This document shows positions 1-13,400 of a stretch of 64,000 bases of DNA, in pieces. A program made the translations under genes and the position numbers. Position 1 is the stretch's first letter; each line of letters begins with the position of its first letter. The notes beneath the pieces are model-generated. The model made no database searches, was not told the DNA's origin, and worked only from the letters and a program-made list of their open reading frames with translations. This DNA is from Yuukianura sp. NJ FZ-2021 (Eukaryota), in assembly GCA_046563655.1 (NCBI GenBank), contig CM102283.1:2046001-2110000 (forward strand), given 5' to 3'.

Positions 1-595
1 TGTATAATTCAGAAATGTGAATAACGAAATTAAAATTTCAAAATTTGGGTCTCTACAGAAAATATTACACAAACTTCATAGTTTTACCACTAATTGCGTC
101 ATCCTCGTGACGTCACTGCAGTTACAATTTTAAATGTCGGCATATTCCGAGTAAAAGTGAGCTATCCTGAGCTTTGATTTTTTCATTTTGAAAATATTTA
201 AAGCTCAAAATATTTTGTATTTTGGTTAATTTTTTCTTAAATTTTTTCAAAATCATTTTTCTAAATTTTCCTGAAGACTCTTTTTTTTTCTAAATTTTTT
301 CAAAAGTGTTTCCTAAACTACTTCCAAAATGCAGCCAAATTCTTGAGATTAAAAATTTTCTTCTACCTAAGTAAGTGGTTCGTAATATTTTTTTTCTTGA
401 AAATTTTTATGAAAAAGTAGGCTAGTTTAAGCTACTCCTTTCGCCTGATTTAGAGGAAGGTAAATTTAATTAAGTCCTTGGATGTACCAGAACATGTTTT
501 CATGAGAAGGATGATGAAGGGAAGAACGTGGGATTTTTTGTTAGAGGAAGAGAGCGCGGGAGGATTTAAAAGTGATAGATTGTCTGTAGAGGGAG

Positions 596-882
596 TCAAT
601 CAAGACTTGGCTGTTCCCAGAGTGGTTCCTCTGCCTGGGCCTCCATGGCAACGACTGATCTCTTGTTTTTATTGATGGCGGAAGGATTTGATTTGAGCGG
701 AGCGTGAGCGGCAGAAGGAGGGAATTTCAAAAGTTGATTTGATGGAGTCCATATCCAGGGAATTGAAGAGTCCAGAGTCAATTGCTGAACAAACGTGAGG
801 AGAAGGAGGACGAGCGGAGGCAGAACGGCTAGAACTGGACGCACCAGGGTCCCTCTTCCCTGCATTGCTGCTTGCTTTTCAC
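596..882 (-). CDS. dpr: Dpr-family protein, last coding exon (stalk, hydrophobic segment, tail)
   Basis: (G)EKQAAMQG matches the GExPAAMQ motif, followed by VLAVLPPLVLLLLTFV; CAG acceptor 883-885; stop at 596-598. The seven exons total 1071 nt (356 aa plus stop). Confidence 0.85.
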
Positions 883-3800
883 CTGACAAAAAATAAAATT
901 TTGATTTTTTTTTCGAAAAGTTTCAAACCATCCTGATAAACACAAAAGACACAAATTCAGGCTTCTAAACGAACTTCGAAACATTGCATTTCCTTCTCTA
1001 AGGAAAATTCTGATTTCTTTATTCATAAATTTTGAACACACGAATTTTCAACTGTTTTTTCTAGCAATTGTCTGTTCTTGTGAGTAAATTTTACGAATCT
1101 CTTTTTTTCAGTATTTTCTGCGTTGTCAGAAAACTTTGTTTTACGTTAAATTTTGAACTGAGTTTTCAACAGATTCTATGATGGTGTCAGGAAATTTTTT
1201 GTTTTCAGTGCAAATTTTCCGCTTTTGCAGATTTTGCGTCTGTATTTAGGGCGGCATCTGTTGAAGAGCTGCGATAAATGTTGGAGAGACGGAAGATAAG
1301 AAGTGGGAATGCGGCGGACGGAGTTGTAAAGGGCGCGGGAAAGATAAATTTTCAATTGTGAGATGTTTTCGCGCCAGAAATAAAAATAATCATAATAGTT
1401 TTAAGGCCGTTCCCGAAACCATTTTGGAAATTGTGATAAAGACATTTCTGGAACAAAATGTGGAGCTCGGACGTTTAAATAAGTAAAAAAAATGTTACGG
1501 TTTGGTGGCTCCAAGTTCAAAAAAAAAAAAAGAAAGAAAAAAGTGAAAGTACACACGCAACATTCCCATAAAAATCTAGTTTTATTGTCCAAAAAACGAG
1601 GACGAGCAAAACAAAATGTGATATGCGTTGCTCTCCATACTTTTCCTGTGTCCTCCGAAAACGAAAAATTCAAAATTTGGGCCAGAATTTTCAAAAAAGT
1701 TCTCTGTTTGGCTTTCTCTCTAGCTTTCTGAAAATTTTACTTTTGAAAGTTGTCCTTTTTGTAAATATTTCTTTTAAAATTGCTCTGTTTGAACTTAAAA
1801 TATTTCCTGCCTACTTTTTGCACAAAATTTGTTCTCAACTGTTCAAAATATCTCCGTTGCCAAAACTTTCACGCATTTTTTTTTCAGTTTAAAAAATAGA
1901 CTACCCGTCAATTTGACTTATGAGAGAGCAGAGCGGGAAAAACCACATGAACCGCGAAAGTGAACCTTTGACCATAGCGAAGAGCGCGGGAGAATTTGAA
2001 AATTGAAATACAGGCTTTTGAGCACACACATTCCCTAGGCCGTTTTCATTTCATGGTTCCTGTCGAAAAGTGTTAGGAATTTGGCTCTCATTAATAAAAT
2101 ATGGCAGCAGTACACCTCGCATGGTATGGAAAACATGTGCAGAATATGCAGTATTCCCACACCCCGCCCCCAACATACACTGCTGCTCCCACCCAAATGC
2201 TGCCCAGCATCTTCCATGTCCGTGTGAGAATGGATGATGCTCTGAGTGGATCCGGGCAGCATGCCACCACGTTGTTCCGCTCAACCACATTTTTTCGGTT
2301 TTTTTTTTGCACATTTGTGCGATAATACGAGCTGCTCCCGAGAGGTCGTTTGTGCGTCTCTGCTACTTTGAAAAACAATGCGGCTCATATTTGGAACTTC
2401 GAACGTGATTCGAATCCGGAATATTTTTTATGTCGCCAAGCGGGAAGAAGGAAAGAGCGGGAGGATTTAAATTGACATGGAAAACAAGAAGCACGAGAGT
2501 CAGTCTTCGTCTGAATTTGAACTTAGATTATGATTAGGTTTTTAGCATGACACGCATGACAGTGACAAAAACATTTCAGTTTTTCATAATTTCGAAATTT
2601 GGAGCACAAGGAGCAGTATAATATTCGAAATGTGCTTGGAGATCATTTTTGAATTTGAAACTTCACTAAAACGAAAGTCATTTCACATGCTACCTATACG
2701 TTCTACCCGCCAAAATTTAAATTCTAGTAGAGAAATTTGAGAGTGAAGTTTTAAATTTTGAAATTTTGGGTTTTGAGCGGCCAGAAATAAAGGAGTTCGG
2801 AAAAACATTTACAAGATAGCGTAATTGCTGATGAATTTTTTTTAAAAAGATTTAATTTCCACTGACTAAAAAATTTTTCGAAAATGGAATTTTGGAAGAA
2901 AATTTTGAAAATAGAGTTACACAGTTGGGCACATTTTTTTGAAAATTTTTCTTGAAGTTTGGGAATGCTAAGAATGCTTACGTTTCCTTTACCTAGCTGT
3001 CACCACTACGCCTTTTGGTTACTAAAAAAAACTTTTTAAAAGAGCGTTTTCTTTGAAAACGTGGCCCAATTTTGAATTCATGACCACAAGCCAGTCAGTG
3101 TATGGTTCTTTCAAAAAACCGCCACTTTCAAAAGTTTCCACATCGACTGAGGGAAAGATATGTGCCAATTCCAGTTGGCTAAATTCATTCTGAAGTGTTT
3201 GATGATTTGGGCGGATGAGCGGTCGATTTTGATTTGAGATTCATGAACCAACTTTTTTTTAAACTTTCGAGCTTGTTTTAACCAAACAGGCAACACGTTT
3301 GCTGCCAAGAACAAAAAATGTTTTTAAATTTTTCCACCGCTCTCGTCTTGTTCTCTTCATTTTAGTATTCGTTCCGCATGTTCAAGAAGAAAATGGCTTG
3401 TGTAGTTGTCACACGCTCCAAAATTTGAAATTCAGACTCATTTTGGAAGAACATAAAAGAAAATGAAAGACATTTTGCACACTTTTGAGAAAAAGCGGGA
3501 AACGCCTTTTTTTTAAACAACTACACGTTGTCACTGTGTTTTAAAGCGAAAGAAAATTATCTTGACTTTTCGCTTCACAAAACTCAAAAAATTATGTGCA
3601 AATACCAGAAACGGAAAACATGAAAAAACTGGGAACGTGTTTTTTCAATTTCTCAAAAAACAAGGGCGCCATATGTTTTCAAATTTTGCACGTGGAATAA
3701 GTATGGTGGAAGATGAATAATTTTGCAAATTAGCATGGACTCCTGCCGTCATTATTTTGTTGTCAGCAAATATTTGCTGTTGCTTTCCGTTTCTTTCATT

Positions 3801-4196
3801 GTGGTTTTACCTAAAACGGTAGACTTATGTTACACTCCATGTAAAAACTTGTTAGTTACTCCCTCCACCCTTCAAAATTTTCCGTCTTCAGGTCCAATGA
3901 CCACAAACTCAATTTATATTAATGACAAAATAAATTAAAAACATTATTACTAACAACCAAAACCCTCGAAGTCTAATTTTGAATTCAATGCATAATCACC
4001 ACAGTGAAGAGGACGACATACAGCGACGTGCCTCAATTTTCATATAATCAAAAGGGTGGAAATTTTTTTTTTCCAAATTGACGGCTACAAGTCAATTTAC
4101 GAAAAGTCTAACTATGTGGGTGGACCCTGTTGTGTCAAAATGTCAAAAAGTGTCAAATTAATTAACAAAAAAAAGAGAAAAACAAACATTTCTTAC

Positions 4197-4245
4197 CTTG
4201 TTCCAAAACGTGAATTTTTACTGAAGCAGGATGAGCGTTTTGAGG
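4197..4245 (-). CDS. dpr: Dpr-family protein, coding exon 6 (end of Ig2)
   Basis: PQNAHPASVKIHVLEQ(G) matches the PSNAxxASVxVHVLxG pattern; TAG acceptor, GTAAG donor, phase 1. Confidence 0.92.
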
Positions 4246-4389
4246 CTAGAAGAATTGAAAAGAAAATATCTTTTGTGAATAACTTTCTGTCGTAAAGTTG
4301 TGTATTCAATGCGTTGCTAGGCTAGATTAGTTTAGTTATGTAACATTAGTTATGCTAACTTTATGTAAGCTAACATTTATATTGTGATG

Positions 4390-4722
4390 CAAGGTTTGTT
4401 GACTTTAATTTTCTTTAACAGGTTGGGTAATACCTCACGTTTTTTTTTTTTTTTTTGGATTTTGCCAAAAAAAAAGTGTCTTTTTATTTCAGGGCATCAT
4501 ACTCATAACAACACAGCTGAGTTTTATAAATTATATATGTATAATATAAATTATAAATTAAATAATTTGTATACAAATTGGAACAATTTTTCGGATTGGT
4601 GTTTTGACACCAATATTAATTACTGCCACCAATTTTAGTTTTTTTTTCATTTTTTTTGTGAAGAAGTGAGGTAGTACTCAAACTGTTAAAAACAATTAAC
4701 ATTTCGTTGTCAAGTAACCTTG
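4390..4722. mobile_element. MITE family A, copy 1 (333 bp)
   Basis: Ends CAAGGTTTGTTGAC.../...GTCAAGTAACCTTG; flanked by ATTGTGATG and ATTGTGAAG (9-bp duplication, 1 mismatch); clearly homologous to 10139-10416. Confidence 0.8.
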
Positions 4723-4738
4723 ATTGTGAAGGAGTTAC

Positions 4739-4867
4739 CTCGCAGTTGTAAATGCCGGAATCCGTCCTCACAGCTTTTTGAATGAGAAGGCGACTGACAG
4801 TGACCGCTTTAGTCTTTTTCTCTGTAACTAAACTCATGCCGCCACGAGCCCACTCAAAGTTAATCAT
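4739..4867 (-). CDS. dpr: Dpr-family protein, coding exon 5 (Ig2 core)
   Basis: MINFEWARGGMSLVTEKKTKAVTVSRLLIQKAVRTDSGIYNCE contains Dpr motifs RGGxSxxTEK and DSGxYxC; CAG acceptor, GTAAC donor; 129 nt, phase 0/0. Confidence 0.93.
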
Positions 4868-5813
4868 CTGGAAGAGACAGGAATAATTTTTAGCTCAGAG
4901 TTGGGCAAGAAACAAAAAGTTTGAAACTATCCGCGGGGAAAACTCTGCGAAACGATTTGAATTCAAATAAAAGTACAATTTGTATTCGCAACAGAAGTGT
5001 AGTGTTCCAATTTGGCACAAAAACATCCAGTGGCGGATGTTCCTTAGCCCGGGAAATTTCCATTTCCAAAGCCATTGTTCCACTTATCGCTTTCTTTCGA
5101 ATCAATGATGGGCAAAATTGGCTCTTTAGGTGAAAGTCCATTTCCATTAATGCTTTTTTTCTGCGGAATTCGGCCATTACTGTTTTTTTTTTTTTTTGGT
5201 TCAGCATTGATGTTTTTTTTTTGTGCGGACCATTGCTATCTGTGTTTCGTTGTTCAACATGACAGTGAACAGTTTTGATAACAAGTGGCGGAGTCTTTGG
5301 AAATGGACTCTAATGGTTCTAGCACTTTCTCCAGCCAATTTGGTCAAACGTGAGAAGAATGTGTCATGTTTTTTAGAATAGTGCTTTGTTAAATTTTTGA
5401 AGAAAACAGAAACTGCCATTTTAGTAAACTTCTTGTCACTTTTTGGACAAAACGAAGTTAAAACAGTTCCGCTTTTTTTGAAACTTAATAGCAGATGAGC
5501 ACATTTGTATCGTGGTACAAAAAAAAACGAAATGGTGCCGTGAATTTCAAAACTAGAAAAATGGGAAATTTTCCTCTATGCCTTCTATGTTTGTCGTGCT
5601 ATTCGATATTAAATTCGTTTTTGAGAGACAAAGAAATTGAAAGATGGCGGGAAGATGAAATTGGTTTGAATTATTAGAGTGGTGCGGTGGTGGTTTCAAG
5701 TTCTCGAACGTCAGCAAAAAAAAACTCTATGAACTATAAACTATAGCAAAGGCTCAAAGTTTGCTCAAGTATGTTTTCGGTTTTTTTCGGTGAGTTTTTA
5801 TGAAGGTTGTTAC

Positions 5814-5956
5814 CCGGGAGTTATGTCGCCAGAGGATATGCTTCGGAGCATTTTCAGTTGCATCTTCCACTACACAAGTGAGGTTGATCGTACTTCCCGC
5901 TTTGATAAAAAGTTCGGATCTCTTTTCATTCAGACCTTCGATCCGAGTAACGGGCT
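5814..5956 (-). CDS. dpr: Dpr-family protein, coding exon 4 (start of Ig2)
   Basis: (E)PVTRIEGLNEKRSELFIKAGSTINLTCVVEDATENAPKHILWRHNSR contains the Dpr Ig2 motif GSTINLTC; CAG acceptor, GTAAC donor. Confidence 0.93.
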
Positions 5957-8900
5957 CTGCATAAAAAAAATATTTAAAAAATGTGTAAAATCGATATTAT
6001 TTTAATTTAAGAATTATTAAAAACCTCCTTTAATTTGATTTTTTAGTTTCCAGAAGCGTAAGAAATTAAACACAAATTCCTGCGTTTTCAGTAAAATCGT
6101 TAAGTTTGTGTAAAAATTTCTGTTTTAAGCACAAATTTCTACATTTTGTAAACAAAATCCAACGTTTCATGTACAAATTGATTTATTGTCTCTGATGTCA
6201 GAATGAGATTTCTAATTTCGAAAATGGGCTGAAATTTCCATTTTTAATTTTTCAAAACAAGCGTGTCAGTTACTGGGCAATATTGGTTAAAATTTTTACA
6301 CAGATTGTGTTGAAACTGTGTTTTGAAAATGAAGTTTCAAAATTTTGAGTCTATCGAAAGTGGGCTCGCGGGAGCAAAAATTTCAACAATGTGTTTTTAA
6401 GTTTGGATTATTTTGAAACCTAAAGGTCGAAAATTTATGCACGATTTATGCACAATACATCAAAAGTTATGTTTTTGATAAAAGTTGTTACTGCCCTTGC
6501 TTTTAGGGGCATAAAAAGATGTTAAGCGGGAAAGTGACAGAGAACTTAAATTTATTACAACAAACACTACCACTACCTTCCCCGCCCCATTCAAAATCCA
6601 ATGCCCCACAACATAATCTGAGTGGGTGGGGACTTGGAGTGGGCCACCAACAGTTTCTAACATGCTAAGTTATTACTAGAAAGACGAAGTGATAATGTTT
6701 CCTTTCTCTTGTACACAAGAGAAAGCTCTGGAGAAAACTAAAACAAATAACATTTTCAAAACATCCCGCGAAAATGCATCAACTTTTAAAAGCTTTATGA
6801 TTACAGAGGTTTTCTCTCGCTCTCTGCAAACGCAGCAAAACTTGAAAAAAAAGTTACGCAAACACTTTTTATGAAGATGGATTAATTTTTAGGAAGTTAT
6901 GAGATTCAAATTGAACCGCGCTTTTAGAAAAGCTGACTAGCTGTGGGAAAAATGTAAATGAACTTCACGCTTTCACTTTGTCGAGGAAAAATTTTGAATC
7001 TCAAAAAAATGCAATTTTTTAAAATTTAGCTTAGGCTGGAGAATAAAATTAGGTTTTTAGGTTAGGTTGGAAGATTGGATGGATGGGAAAGTTGGTTTAA
7101 CTGAAAGTTAAACGGATTCTTTTGAATTTTGGAGCCAAAATGAGACGTGGATAATGTAGGACGTTTGAAGTGGGAAATTTAAATCGGCTTTTCTTCAAGA
7201 AAAAAGCGAGAGCGGGAAGTGAAAGCACAACTTTTTTCCCGCGTTTTTTGATTTGACTGACGATGCGGTTGTATAGTGATTTCCTCTTATCTGGAATGTC
7301 GATTTTGGATTCCATTACTTTTTGAAGTTTCCCGCACAATCTTGTCTTGAATTTCGTTTTTGAATTGAGGCTGGTAGAAACCGTGTGGATTTGAAATCTA
7401 CTTGAGATGGGAAATTCATCCTTCATTGAACGCCGAAAAAGAAGAGAAAGCCTTTGTGAAATTAAATCCGGGAAATTTGAAACTTGGAAATTGAATTGAA
7501 GTGATGATGTTTACTATGATTACAGCAAAAAAAATCAAACACTGTGCGCGTATTCAAATTTCAAAAACTTTCTCCTCCCTCCTTTTTACACATGATGAGG
7601 TCGTTGACCTTGAATTCAAAAATTGTAAGATACAAACAAAAAACCGCTTTCACTAAACTAAAACCGTGTTTTGCTAGCAAACATAGTTTTCACACGCCGT
7701 AACTTGCACGACTCAAACCGAACATCCAATTTTACAAATCCAAATTTGTAATTTCTAAAACAAAAACGCTTTCTCATTACCCAGAAATTGAAATTTCCCA
7801 AACAAAGATTGCTTTTTTTTTTACAGATCAACCACCACACTGAAACTTTTTACCTCAGCATCAAAAATTGTACCTCGCATTTCTGTTGCAGGTCTTGTTT
7901 TTGTTTTTTTTTTTCAAAAAAAAAATTTTTTTTTCAAAAATTTGTGTTACAAAAAGAACTAGTTTTAGTGTTCTAATAAATACCACAGTATAGCCCTCTT
8001 CCAGGAAACTTCAGCTGGAGCCAGCTTTAATGAGATTTAATGGTAAGTTTAATTAGAGACTGAGAGTTAGATGGGTTGGAAGAGACTTCCGCTTTTCCCT
8101 CCATTTTCATTTTGAATTTTCCCACCACCAAGTAGAGAGTAGAGGATGCTCCAATTATTTTTATTCTAATGTCCTCAACCACTACACCAGAGACTCACAT
8201 AAAAAGTCACTTCACTATTTATACACTTCGTAAATTTGTGTGCCCCTTGCCCATCTCTGCCTAAAGTGCACATCTCTGACAGTCCAATGTGCACAACTAA
8301 TCCTCTCCAATTCCAATTATTCCAAAAGAAGTGTCGGGGTAAGTGAACTTTCTAGAGTTGTGCACCCCATCGGATTTCAAAGCGCCAAAATTCAAAGTTC
8401 CAAACAGACTTTTGTAAAAGAGAGGTCAAAGGTCGCCACTTTATGAAATTCGCTCATTAAGTCTTCTTCTATGGCCACTGAAAATGAAAGGGCGGATAAC
8501 GATTATTGAGCGGGAACGTTTGAAGTTTGAAATGATGAAAGAGAAAGTCGTTTGTAATTGAAAAGTGAAAGTGAGCCGGAGGAGAGCGGCACACTTTGAA
8601 TTATGAACCACCAAAAAGTTTTGGCAGGAAAGTGAGCTTTTTGAAAAGAGGAAATAGCGGAAGTAGTTCACGCAAAGCCCTCATTTTCGTTATACTTGAA
8701 GTTCATTTTCAAAATTTTGAGTAAATTAGTTCACAAAGTCCAGTCTATTTTGGATTAAAATTTTGCTCGTTAATTTTGTTTTTGTTTTGTTTTGAAACTT
8801 TGATGAACCAGAACAATGAAAGCTGGAGTATTGACGGAAGCATGAAAAAGTGTTTCGGAAATTTTGAAATTAGTTCTTTACACGCCAAAAACAAGGAAAA

Positions 8901-10138
8901 CAAAAGCGTCATATTTGCTATCGACTGTCAGTATCAGAAGACAAAACTAAATTTTCTAAATGCCCTGTCAAACCCAGCTTCTCTACGTGCTTCACAACCA
9001 ACCCTACACTCACGAAAAGTTTTCCTAAAACAAACGTGTCTGCCAAACATAAACGTTTTTGCAACATAAAAAAACGTTTTTTTTTTAACAAAGAAACGTT
9101 TTTGCCAAAGCAAGACAGTTTGACAAACATGTCACAAATACCGCGTTCCGCAATGAAAAAAAGCTTTCCAAAAACGACGAAAGCTAGCTCAGAAAACGAT
9201 TTTGCAATGAAAAAAACGTTTTGCAAACAAAAACGTTTTTGCTGAATCAGAAAGTTTTTGGAAAAAATTTGTTGTTTTTTTTTCATGCTTTGCTAAATTT
9301 CGAATCTGCTACTTTTATTCATTTTGGACCACGCGCGTGAGAAAATAAAAAAAACGAACTCCAGCATTACCAGAGATTTTTACATTTTTGTTAGATTCTG
9401 AGTTTTCTGAAGAGACAAATTGGTGGAAAAGACGCATGATGTGAGTCATTTTATGACACACTCATACGAATACTGGCAGTAGACTGTCTAAAAGTGGACG
9501 TCATTTTCAAAATTTGGAGCCATTTTGGCTATCGCATGGAAAACGTGCGCGCGAAATGTTCAAATAGTTTTTTTTTACTGGAACCATCTGCAAATTTCCA
9601 CAGTTTGTCATCTCTTACTATTCATGCCTTAGTTGGAAGTGGGTTTGAAAGTTAGTGCGAGCGTAAATGGTTGAAAGTCCTTTTTTAAGTACTGGCGCCC
9701 TTTCTCCCTCCTCGCCCATTACCATTCGCCCTTTCTCGGTTTTATTGTCATTTTGATGTGGGCATAAAAATATAAAAACGGCGCTCCATCTTCCTGAATC
9801 CATAAAAATTGAAGCGCCAATTCTCAAAGACAAGAGAGTAAATCAAAGGGATTTGGACCAAATGGCAAGATGATACTTTTGGGGCTCAAAATGAACCGCC
9901 AAAAGTGAACTCCTTGAACGCACGCTCGAGAATTCAAAAACTGGAAAAAAAAAAAGCTCACAAAAACTTCTCTTTTTAGCTCACGTCCATCTAGCGTAGT
10001 TCAGTTTAAGAAAAATTTTGGATTCAGTTTTAAATTTGAAAGCGCTTTTCAATTTGGTAACAATAGCGGGAAATTCAGATTGTCGGCGCTGGAATTTAAT
10101 CTTTGTAGAGTCAGTTCAGAATCCTAAATTTTTTTTTG

Positions 10139-10416
10139 CAAGGTTTGTTGACTTTAATTTTCTTTAACAGGTTGAGCAATACCTCATGCTTTTTGATTTT
10201 TCAAAAAAAAAGAGTGTCTTTCATTTCATGGTATTGTAGTCATAACAGTACAGCCGAATTTTTTAAGTTTTACATACGAATTGGTACCAATTTTTTGGAT
10301 TGGTACCAATTTTTGTTTGTTTGTTTTTTTGTTTTGTTTTGTTTTTTTTGTCAACCAGCAAGCTGTAGTACTCAACCTGTTAAAGAAAATTCAATTTTCG
10401 TTGTCAAGAAACCTTG
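10139..10416. mobile_element. MITE family A, copy 2 (278 bp)
   Basis: Ends CAAGGTTTGTTGAC..AATTTTCTTTAACAGGTTGAG / CTCAACCTGTTAAAGAAAATT..GTCAAGAAACCTTG; both flanks are A(T)nG. Confidence 0.8.
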
Positions 10417-13400
10417 ATTTTTTGTTTGCTCGTCATTGTCTGTTTGATGTCCCATTTCAAAGAGAATTTTGTTTATTCCTGCGAGACTACACGAAACCTG
10501 AGCAGGGTTGTTGCACAAAATGGGGCATCGTGAGACCACAATGGCAAGGCGGGTTGACCACAGCAAATTTGAACTTAAATTTTGAAAGGTTTCCCGCTCT
10601 AGCTAGTCAGTCACGCTTTTCCCTGAAGACTGAATTCCAATTTAGGATCTAAGCAAATAGTGAGATGATGGAAGTAAATTAAAGATGGCGCCTATAAAGT
10701 GGAACACACGCGGGTGGAACAAAAGGCCACTCCAAGTGGTTCCATGTCACCCTTGTTTCGAGAGTGGCATTGTTTCGAATCCTGGCGGACCCAAAAACAG
10801 CCAACTCCATAGTGATAGTCACTCAATTTAGAACTAAACTTTTTGGAGGAGAAAGTTGTATACTTTCCTTTCTCTCTCTACTTTCCAAACCACTTTTGAA
10901 AAGAATGTCGTTCGCCCGCTGAGCGCGCCACAAAAAATTCAAATTCAAAAGGGAATTTTCCCTAAGTGAAACTGAAACCTCTCTAGACTTGACATTTTTC
11001 AAATTGTTGTTAACATGGACAAGACCTAGGGAATTGATCTCTTACAGAAACTGAACCCCCCCATACAACTTTACCTCCCCCCCCCTCCTCCAACAGACCC
11101 CCCCCATAACTTTGTTGTCTTGTCTTACTTTTTGAGGAAAAAACTTGTCCATTAAAAAAAGAAACAGTTTTTGAAAAATTCATCCCAAATAACAACCAAC
11201 TCAATCAAAACTTTTTTTATGTCAAAATTCTGAAGGGAATTTCGAATTTCAAAAAGAATACCTAACATTCAACATGAATTCTGCAAGCGAAAAAAATGTT
11301 GAGCAGAAGTATAGCGAAGGTTATAGGCTTTTCTGTGAAGGAAAAAATGCACGATCTTTCTTAGAAAAAGCTAGAACAATAGGAAGATTTTTGAAAAAAA
11401 AAGAAGACTAAAATTTCAAAAGCGGCGCCAAAAATTTTCTTTAAAGTGTTCTTCACGCGGCATAAACCAAATTTAAAAGTTCTTGATCCCTTTTAAATTG
11501 AAAATGTTAATCAAGTTTCTCTTTTTTATCTTAGGACAATAGCAATTTTTTAAAACTTCCGCCACTCTGACTTCCTTATGTTTCGAAATCTGCTTCGGAG
11601 TTTATCTTAAACTTTCCGCCAAAAGAGCACAGGAAACACATTCTTTTTCTGCCTTTTTATTGAAAGAAAAAGATAAAAACTCTCCTTGTTTTCTTCATTT
11701 TCCTCTTTAGAAAAAGGAAAACCAAGGGAAATGGTGTAGGCGGAGTGGTAAAAGTTTCCAGTTCAATTGTTTCTCTCCGGCGGAACGAATCCACCCGTCG
11801 TCATCAAATCTCTATACGAACGAACAGTTTTTTTTTCAAACTTCCTCTTTTTTCACTTGCTGACACTTTCTTTCCCGCGTATGTTAGAGCGTTAGCATTG
11901 AAGCGTATGTTTCTCACACGGTTCTTTTGGTGGGAAAGGCATGTGAGCAAAAAGGCGGGAATTTCTCTTTTCCCTTTGATTTGCTCCTCTACTGCCTCCT
12001 TCATGTCAATCAGGGGCGACATTGAAAGCAAACTAGGATGGAACAAAAAAGTTGTGAAATTCCTTTACAGTCTTCTGAACTCAGAAAAGAAAGTTGTTGG
12101 AAGTAGCGGGAAAAGTGAGTTACAAATTATAACCAATGTAACCTGTAACTTCCCTGTCCTCACTCGAGTTCAATCAAGTGAAAGTGGAGGGCTGACGGAG
12201 AAAGTGACATTTTTTGGTGGCGGGAAAACAAAAACTTGAATCGTTCTTGTATAACTCACTCGTTCGTGAAATCACCTGAGAAAGTGGAATTAATTCAAAA
12301 GTGGAGGGAATTCTCCTGTTGATTCAAACCATTTTTCTCTAAATTTTCAAAAACTGAAAGAAAAATACCTTTCCCGCCCAAATTCAAACGATTTCTAAAT
12401 ATTTCCCACCGAATTTTTACGACTTCCGCAAAAATTTGAAGTAAAGAAACTGGATAAGTGGAGGATGACATGAAATTGTTGGAAATATGGTGGGTATTTT
12501 GTTTTGTTTCAGAAATAGAATTTCAAAATTTTGAGTTTTCTTGTTTCTGGAAAGTGGGCGGAGCTAGAAAGTGAAGGGGATTAATTTGGGGCAAGATGAG
12601 ACGATAAATAGTGTACTCACAGTGAGAGTCAAGTGGCGATAAAGTATTAGGCTTTTAGGTTGTGGAGAAAGAACGTGTTTCAATCTGTTCCTGTTTGCTT
12701 TCTTCGCGATAAGAAAACTTTCTCACGCGCTTTCCATAAACTTTCCAAAAAATGAAGGGTGGTACAACATAAGAAAGCACAGGAGGAAGAAATCTTTAGC
12801 GATTTTCAGCGATTCAGCTTCTCCTTCCTCTTACTTTTTTTCATTTCCGCTTGTGAAAAAGTGAAAAAAGGCAATGCCAAAACCATGTGTGGAGATGTAG
12901 GTTGTGGAGCACAAAGTTTTAGGTTACGTGGCCTTCGCTTTCACTTTCACCGGAAATCGGAACTGGGACGAACCTTCGTAAACGTGCCCTTCGGACCAAA
13001 GGAAAAAAAAGAAAAAGTTGGTCGGATTTTTGCTTCCAAATTTGAAATTCCCTCCGCGCTTATACTTTTCCCGCTCTCACATCTTTTCACATCAGATCAC
13101 TTTCAGCTCATCTCCAGGGATTAGCGCTCCCAAAAATCAACTTTTTCTGACAACTTTCTCCAAAAAATAATCTCCTAGAATTGTTATTTTCCAAAAACTC
13201 TTGTATTTTTTCAATTTATGTGTAACCTTAATTGAGATTTAGACTTTTACGCCATAACAATCCAATCGACTAATTTTTATGACACTAAAAAACTTTACAT
13301 GGAAAACATTGTTTCCGCTCACAAATTAACAGGATTTGCGAATTTTGCTAAAATTTATTACAAATATAAAAAAGTTGAAAAATTGATGAACCCAATATTC

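Noticed and set aside
5285..5345. TKLAGESARTIRVHFQ as an alternative Ig G-strand exon of dpr
   Set aside because: It lies upstream of exon 5 (wrong order), lacks convincing splice sites, and 4197-4245 supplies the proper strand.
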